Source of the DNA: a virus
Lineage: Duplodnaviria > Caudoviricetes
Direction: 5' to 3' (one strand)
Virus record (IMG/VR): IMGVR_UViG_3300029705_000041
DNA length: 64,000 nucleotides
Shown here: positions 59,218-64,000 of the stretch, in pieces
Layout of the letters: each line of letters opens with the position of its first letter
Numbering within the stretch: position 1 is the first letter of the stretch
Made by a program: the position numbers and the translations under genes
The notes under the pieces: model-generated
Seen by the model: only the letters and a program-made list of their open reading frames with translations
What the model was told of the DNA's origin: nothing
Databases searched by the model: none

Positions 59218-59970
59218 ATGAATAATATAATTTACACTCCCCCCGACATAAATGATAGGATAAAATTGTTCAATAAGGATTGTTTAGAGCAAATGAAATT
59301 AATACCGGATGAAAGTATTGATTTAATTGTAACCGACCCACCATATAGAACAACATCAAGAGGGAATGCCGGAAATAGTGGTGGAATGTTACAGAAAGAT
59401 ATAAATAAAAAAGGTCAAGTATTTGCTTTTAATAATATAAATTGCGATGAATATGCTCCTGAATTTTACAGGATTTTGAAAGATGGCAGCCATTGTTATG
59501 TTATGACAAATCATGTGAATTTAATACATATGTTAAATGTTTTTACAAATAGTGGTTTTCATTTTATAAAGTCTTTGATATGGGATAAGGGAAATAAAAT
59601 TATGGGGCAATATTATATGTCGCAGTTTGAATATATTTTATTTTTTAGAAAAGGTAAAGGTGTACGAATAAACAATTGTGGAACAAGTGATATATTAAAA
59701 GTTCCTAATATAAAAACAAAAAATTTTGAGGGTAAAAATTTACATGATACCGAAAAACCTGTTGAACTTATGGAGATATTAATAGCTAATTCCTCAAAAG
59801 AAAATGGCACTGTATTAGACCCTTTTATGGGGATTGGAAGTACCGGAATCGCTTGTAAAAATCTAAATCGGTTGTTTATAGGAATTGAGATAGATAAGGG
59901 TTATTATAATGAAACACAAAAAAGATTAATAAATAATTCAGAAAAAGTATTGACAAATGACATAAAATGA
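59218..59970 (+). CDS. N4/N6 DNA methyltransferase (beta class)
   Basis: TDPPY, H.TEKP, LDPFMGIGST. Confidence 0.9.
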   Translation: MNNIIYTPPDINDRIKLFNKDCLEQMKLIPDESIDLIVTDPPYRTTSRGNAGNSGGMLQKDINKKGQVFAFNNINCDEYAPEFYRILKDGSHCYVMTNHVNLIHMLNVFTNSGFHFIKSLIWDKGNKIMGQYYMSQFEYILFFRKGKGVRINNCGTSDILKVPNIKTKNFEGKNLHDTEKPVELMEILIANSSKENGTVLDPFMGIGSTGIACKNLNRLFIGIEIDKGYYNETQKRLINNSEKVLTNDIK

Positions 59971-60003
59971 TATACAATATATACAAGACAGAAAAAGTCT
60001 TGA
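59931..60003 (+). promoter_or_regulatory. repeated-family promoter upstream of DGR target 2
   Basis: TTGACA(59950)-17bp-TACAAT(59973) and AAGACAGAAAAAGTCTTGAA, same layout as upstream of target 1. Confidence 0.75.
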
Positions 60004-60147
60004 AAGAGGTGTAAGAACAATGATAGAAGAAAACAATTGTTGTGTAATGTGCGGCAATATTATTCCTGAAGGAAGTCATTGTTGCTCTTTATGTAATTCA
60101 AAATACGATGATTCAGTTATTGTGTTTGTAAAAAAGGAGAAAAGAAT

Positions 60148-60816
60148 ATGTTCTTTGCTAAAAAGAATAAAAGAGAGGATATTAAAAAGATGAGAATTAC
60201 AGTTGACAATGCAAATTTCGCAATAGAAAATGGCAAATTAATTATTGATATAAACGCCACGGATATTGAAGCTCTTATCAGAAATGGCAAAGTCCCGCTA
60301 GGAACACTAAAACCTAAAGACATCTTTAAAATAGATGATAAAGAGTTTATTGTATTAGACAAAAATGAAAACGGAGTAGTTATTATCAGTAAAGAATTTA
60401 CGCATTCAATGAAGTTTGGAGAAAATGCAGATTGGAAACAGAGTGCCATTAGAAAAAAATTGAATGGAGAATATCTGAATGAAATTGCAAAATCTGTCGG
60501 TGAAAATAATATTAAAATTATGAACAGAGATTTATTATCTATGGATGGACTTGATGATTATGGCGAATGTGAAGATAAGATTAGTCTCTTAACGATGGAT
60601 GAGTATAGGAAATACCATAAAATACTCGGAGTAAATAAGAAATATAACGATTGGTGGTGGACTATCACTCCTGCATCAACTCCGCAAAATGGATATTCTC
60701 GTTACGTTTGCTGTGTCCGTTCCTATGGTGTTCTTGGCTGGCTTGGCTGTGACTGTTGCGACGGTGTTCGTCCGTTTTTGACCCTTGATTCTTCTGTCTT
60801 AGTTTCTTTAAACTAA
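60148..60816 (+). CDS. DGR target protein 2 (remote paralogue of 26502-27107)
   Basis: MKFGEN, WWWTITP...GVRPF; contains VR2. Confidence 0.9.
   Translation: MFFAKKNKREDIKKMRITVDNANFAIENGKLIIDINATDIEALIRNGKVPLGTLKPKDIFKIDDKEFIVLDKNENGVVIISKEFTHSMKFGENADWKQSAIRKKLNGEYLNEIAKSVGENNIKIMNRDLLSMDGLDDYGECEDKISLLTMDEYRKYHKILGVNKKYNDWWWTITPASTPQNGYSRYVCCVRSYGVLGWLGCDCCDGVRPFLTLDSSVLVSLN
60697..60776 (+). repeat. DGR variable repeat VR2
   Basis: 80-bp match to TR with 13 mismatches, all at TR adenines. Confidence 0.95.
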
Positions 60817-60817
60817 T

Positions 60818-61261
60818 TCAAAATAAATAGTTATCTATCCAATTTTTAAATTGTGATAAAACTTTAACTTCTAAAGTAGATGTGCAAAAAGCATTTCGTG
60901 TTAATAACATTTTATATCGTTCAAAACGCTTATGACATAATTCGATTGGCAATTCGGTAATTCGATTGATTTCAGCAGCGTTTGTGATTTTAAAAGATTT
61001 TAAGATTATCATTGGCGAAAGAATTCTTATTGCTAAGATTTTACTAAAAGAATCATTATATCCAAAAAGTTTTAATATGTTTTTTGATACTATTAATGTA
61101 TTTTCATATCTACTTTTTGAAGCATCAATCAGTGTTTCAAAATTATATAAGGCAGCAATTTTACTAATGTCTACCGGTAAACTTTTGATATTGGCATCAA
61201 TAAGTAAATCCCATGCAAGATTTCTTATATGTTTGTATTGTTGTTTATCCAAAAAAATCAC
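60818..61261 (-). CDS. degenerate ImmA/IrrE-like protein
   Basis: LPVDI..IA and LAIRILSP segments, no HEXXH. Confidence 0.5.
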   Translation of the reverse strand: MIFLDKQQYKHIRNLAWDLLIDANIKSLPVDISKIAALYNFETLIDASKSRYENTLIVSKNILKLFGYNDSFSKILAIRILSPMIILKSFKITNAAEINRITELPIELCHKRFERYKMLLTRNAFCTSTLEVKVLSQFKNWIDNYLF

Positions 61262-61299
61262 CTCTTTGAATATAATATTTCCAAAGAGATGATAATTTA

Positions 61300-61905
61300 T
61301 TAGTGTTTAGAGTTGTAAGCTCTTACCATATCATTTTCCCAGGCTGTCTTAACTCTTGTATGTAACCATTTGATATATTGTTTATATCTATATAGTGAGG
61401 CTTCGCTAGATAAACCAAATATATTCTGTATATCAATAGCTGATTGAATATTCAAAAGTTTAAAAAGAGGAAATGGTGCCAAAAGTGTTGCTGCAAAATA
61501 ATCTGCTTCTGCTTCATATTCAGAATTAGAATTTTTTGCTAAATTGTTTTCTGATAATTTTGCATATGCAGAAAAAGCTAAGTGCTGGCAAATTACATGA
61601 CCTATTTCATGTGAACAAGTCCAACGTTGCCGCCCAATATTATTATTACCTTCAGTAGATTGATTACATAATATTAAATACCTGTTTTGAAGTATATCGT
61701 AATGAGTACATCCGGATTTGCTCTCACATATTTGTATAACATCCTCTATGGAACAATTGCTAATTTGAGCAAATTTTTGATATGACATATATTTACAATC
61801 AGGTATTAGTTTTAGCACTTCGTTTATATTTAAAGGGAAAGAAATAGTGGGAAGCATTAAATATATGTTTAATACTTGATTATTTATATAAGCGTACCTA
61901 ATCAT
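61300..61905 (-). CDS. ImmA/IrrE family metallopeptidase
   Basis: RQRWTCSHEIGH, EAEADYFAATLLAP. Confidence 0.9.
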   Translation of the reverse strand: MIRYAYINNQVLNIYLMLPTISFPLNINEVLKLIPDCKYMSYQKFAQISNCSIEDVIQICESKSGCTHYDILQNRYLILCNQSTEGNNNIGRQRWTCSHEIGHVICQHLAFSAYAKLSENNLAKNSNSEYEAEADYFAATLLAPFPLFKLLNIQSAIDIQNIFGLSSEASLYRYKQYIKWLHTRVKTAWENDMVRAYNSKH

Positions 61906-62267
61906 TTATTATTCTTATCCTCCTGTTGGTCTGAAAAAGCGTATTCAAAACCAAGCTTTAACATTTGCATCATTTTTTCTCTGTCATGTGCAGTCATCTT
62001 TTGTCTTGCACGTTGAAAAGAAATAATATCTTCATCACCGATGATTTCAGAAATAGAACTCTCAATATCTGAACGACCAAGTAAATAATCAATAGACACA
62101 TCGAAATAGCTGGCTACTTTAATAATTTTGTCAACAGAGGGAGAACTTACCTTTTCCCATTTTTTTATAGAAGAATTACCGAATCCCAAATCTGATTCTA
62201 ACTTAGTTATAGTAATTCCATGTCTGTTACATAATTGTTTTATTCTTTCATATAGAATACTAGCCAT
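61902..62267 (-). CDS. XRE/Cro-CI HTH repressor (ImmR-like)
   Basis: classic HTH_3 with VSIDYLLGR. Confidence 0.9.
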   Translation of the reverse strand: MASILYERIKQLCNRHGITITKLESDLGFGNSSIKKWEKVSSPSVDKIIKVASYFDVSIDYLLGRSDIESSISEIIGDEDIISFQRARQKMTAHDREKMMQMLKLGFEYAFSDQQEDKNNK

Positions 62268-62424
62268 ATTAAAAACTCCTTACAAAAATATCGGTCAAAT
62301 TTTCTAAAAAGGTATTGACAAACAGAAAATAATCTGCTATTATATTATCAGACGAGATAATATGACCTTTTTTAAAATATTATATATAAAATTTTCTATT
62401 TTGTCAAGATGTAAGTAAGAAAAA

Positions 62425-63459
62425 ATGGAGGAAAACATGAATATTGTACAAATTAACGAAGCAATTAAAGCTCCTGAATATGATTTTTTGAGAAATGATA
62501 AGAACCTAGGAGAAAATATTATTTTGCTAGGATTAGGTGGTAGTCATGCATATGGAACAGAGAATGAACACAGTGACCTTGATATTAGGGGGATAGCAAC
62601 AAATAGCAAACGCAACATTTTAATAAGAAAAGATTTTGAACAAGTAGTAGAACGAGAGACCGATACTACTATATATTCATTTGAAAAGATAGTTAAATTG
62701 TTATGCGAATGCAATCCGAATACAATTGAAATTTTAGGATTGAAACCGGAACATTATTTATATTTGTCACCCATCGGAAAAGAGTTACTTAAAAATAAAC
62801 ATCTTTTTCTATCAAAAAGAGCAATTCATTCATTTGGTGGTTATGCTAATTCTCAATTGAGAAGAATGGAGAATAAGTCAGCCAGATTAGTAGACCAAAC
62901 TAAGATGGAAGAAAATATCTTAAAAAGTATTCAACACGCAGATGTGGATTTCCGCAATAAGTATTTTGATATGCCGGAAGATAGCATAAAATTATATGTG
63001 GATGCATCTAACCAAGAAGAATATGATTCTGAAATATTTATGGATGTTACATTAAAACATTATCCATTAAGAGATTATAGTGCAATGTGGTCTGAAATGA
63101 ACAATATTGTTAAAGCATATTCAAAATTTGGAAAAAGAAATCAAAATGCAGTTGAGCATAATAAACTTGCAAAACATATGATGCATTTGGTTAGATTATA
63201 TCTTATGTGTTTTGATATATTAGAAAATGGTGAAATTGTTACTTATAGAGAAAAAGAGCATGATTTTCTAATGTCTATCCGAGCTGGCAAATATCTAGAT
63301 GAGCAGCGCCAACCAACTCCGGAATTTTATAAAATAGTAGATGAATTAGAAAAGAAACTAGAATTATTAAGTGCAAAAACAGACTTGCCGGAAAAAGTTG
63401 ATATGAGAAAGATTAATGATTTTGTTATGAGTGTGAACGAAAAAATTTGCATGAGATAA
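62425..63459 (+). CDS. DNA pol beta superfamily nucleotidyltransferase
   Basis: GGSHAYGT..SDLDIRG, NPN.IE.L, KHMMHLVRL. Confidence 0.85.
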   Translation: MEENMNIVQINEAIKAPEYDFLRNDKNLGENIILLGLGGSHAYGTENEHSDLDIRGIATNSKRNILIRKDFEQVVERETDTTIYSFEKIVKLLCECNPNTIEILGLKPEHYLYLSPIGKELLKNKHLFLSKRAIHSFGGYANSQLRRMENKSARLVDQTKMEENILKSIQHADVDFRNKYFDMPEDSIKLYVDASNQEEYDSEIFMDVTLKHYPLRDYSAMWSEMNNIVKAYSKFGKRNQNAVEHNKLAKHMMHLVRLYLMCFDILENGEIVTYREKEHDFLMSIRAGKYLDEQRQPTPEFYKIVDELEKKLELLSAKTDLPEKVDMRKINDFVMSVNEKICMR

Positions 63460-63481
63460 ACAGATAGGAGAGTGAATGTAA

Positions 63482-64000
63482 ATGGAAAGAAATGAAATTA
63501 TGAATTCTATTGCTCTGAAAAAAAGGTTTTGCAAAGATTGTAATTTGCCAATTACTGTTTTTGATAATCCGTATTTTCACGAAAGATTATGTACATTAGA
63601 CATAATGTTTGAATGTGTTGATAAATTTGAAGATTTTTGCGAAGAATTAAAAAGATTTAATAATGAGCAGGAATATTTTGAATTTTATAATGGAGTAAAG
63701 GATGCCGTTATTGATTATATTAAAAACAACGATAGTTACATAAAGTTTTCAAATGAGGAATTTAAAATTGAAACAGAATATAATAAACGAAATCTATATG
63801 TAGAAGAAAATGATGATAGAACATTTATTTCTTTAGATATGAAAAAAGCCAACTTTTCAGCATTGCATTATTATTCTCCGGAAATTTTCAGAAACTGTTC
63901 GACCTGGGAAGATTTCATGCAAACTTTTACAGATTGCAAACATATTATCGAAAGCAAATATATTCGTCAAGTAATCATGGGAGCTTGCAATCCTAAAAGA
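63482..64000 (+). CDS. hypothetical protein, truncated by window end
   Basis: AGGAG RBS, frame open to end of window. Confidence 0.55.
   Translation, partial: MERNEIMNSIALKKRFCKDCNLPITVFDNPYFHERLCTLDIMFECVDKFEDFCEELKRFNNEQEYFEFYNGVKDAVIDYIKNNDSYIKFSNEEFKIETEYNKRNLYVEENDDRTFISLDMKKANFSALHYYSPEIFRNCSTWEDFMQTFTDCKHIIESKYIRQVIMGACNPKR

Noticed and set aside
279-60449. Numerous minus-strand ORFs (e.g. 44956-45735, 39220-39663) and ORFs over tRNAs (32633-32842, 37728-37976, 38425-38631)
   Set aside because: They are antisense shadows of well-supported + strand genes or RNAs, with no motifs.
1-64000. Stop-codon reassignment as in some gut phages
   Set aside because: Long conserved genes (ligA, metK, NAMPT, RT) are intact in code 11 and no suppressor tRNA was found.

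Overview
This AT-rich window is densely coding and almost entirely on the + strand. It looks like the early/accessory region of a large, probably temperate phage (or phage-like element) of a Bacillota/Clostridia-type host. Supporting signs are many short hypothetical ORFs, about 12 near-consensus sigma-A promoters sharing an upstream motif, a tyrosine integrase, an ImmR/ImmA-like repressor pair, a beta clamp, an NAD-dependent ligase, several DNA methyltransferases and 10 tRNAs. No virion genes are present. Main points: (1) an intact Cas12f-like nuclease lies between two mini-arrays with type II-A geometry (36-bp repeats, 30-bp spacers, ATTTGAG leader end), each preceded by a shared scaffold-like sequence, with no cas1/cas2 in the window. 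(2) Seven copies of a structured ncRNA scaffold (core ATCCTTCTA) carry different tRNA-mimic cargo, including two circularly permuted tRNAs and isolated anticodon arms, and flank a 740-aa TerD-domain protein, resembling Ro60/Y-RNA systems. (3) A complete DGR has a local target, a second target 33 kb away, and a SLOG domain in frame with the RT. (4) There is a seven-gene NAD+ rebuilding/ADP-ribose operon. (5) A ~490-nt multi-helix ncRNA candidate sits in the tRNA cluster. (6) A radical SAM gene is followed by three proteins starting with a 'TNSSSSS' motif. (7) A split, circularly permuted C5 methyltransferase has separate TRD-like cassettes. All calls come from manual motif reading; no database searches were run.
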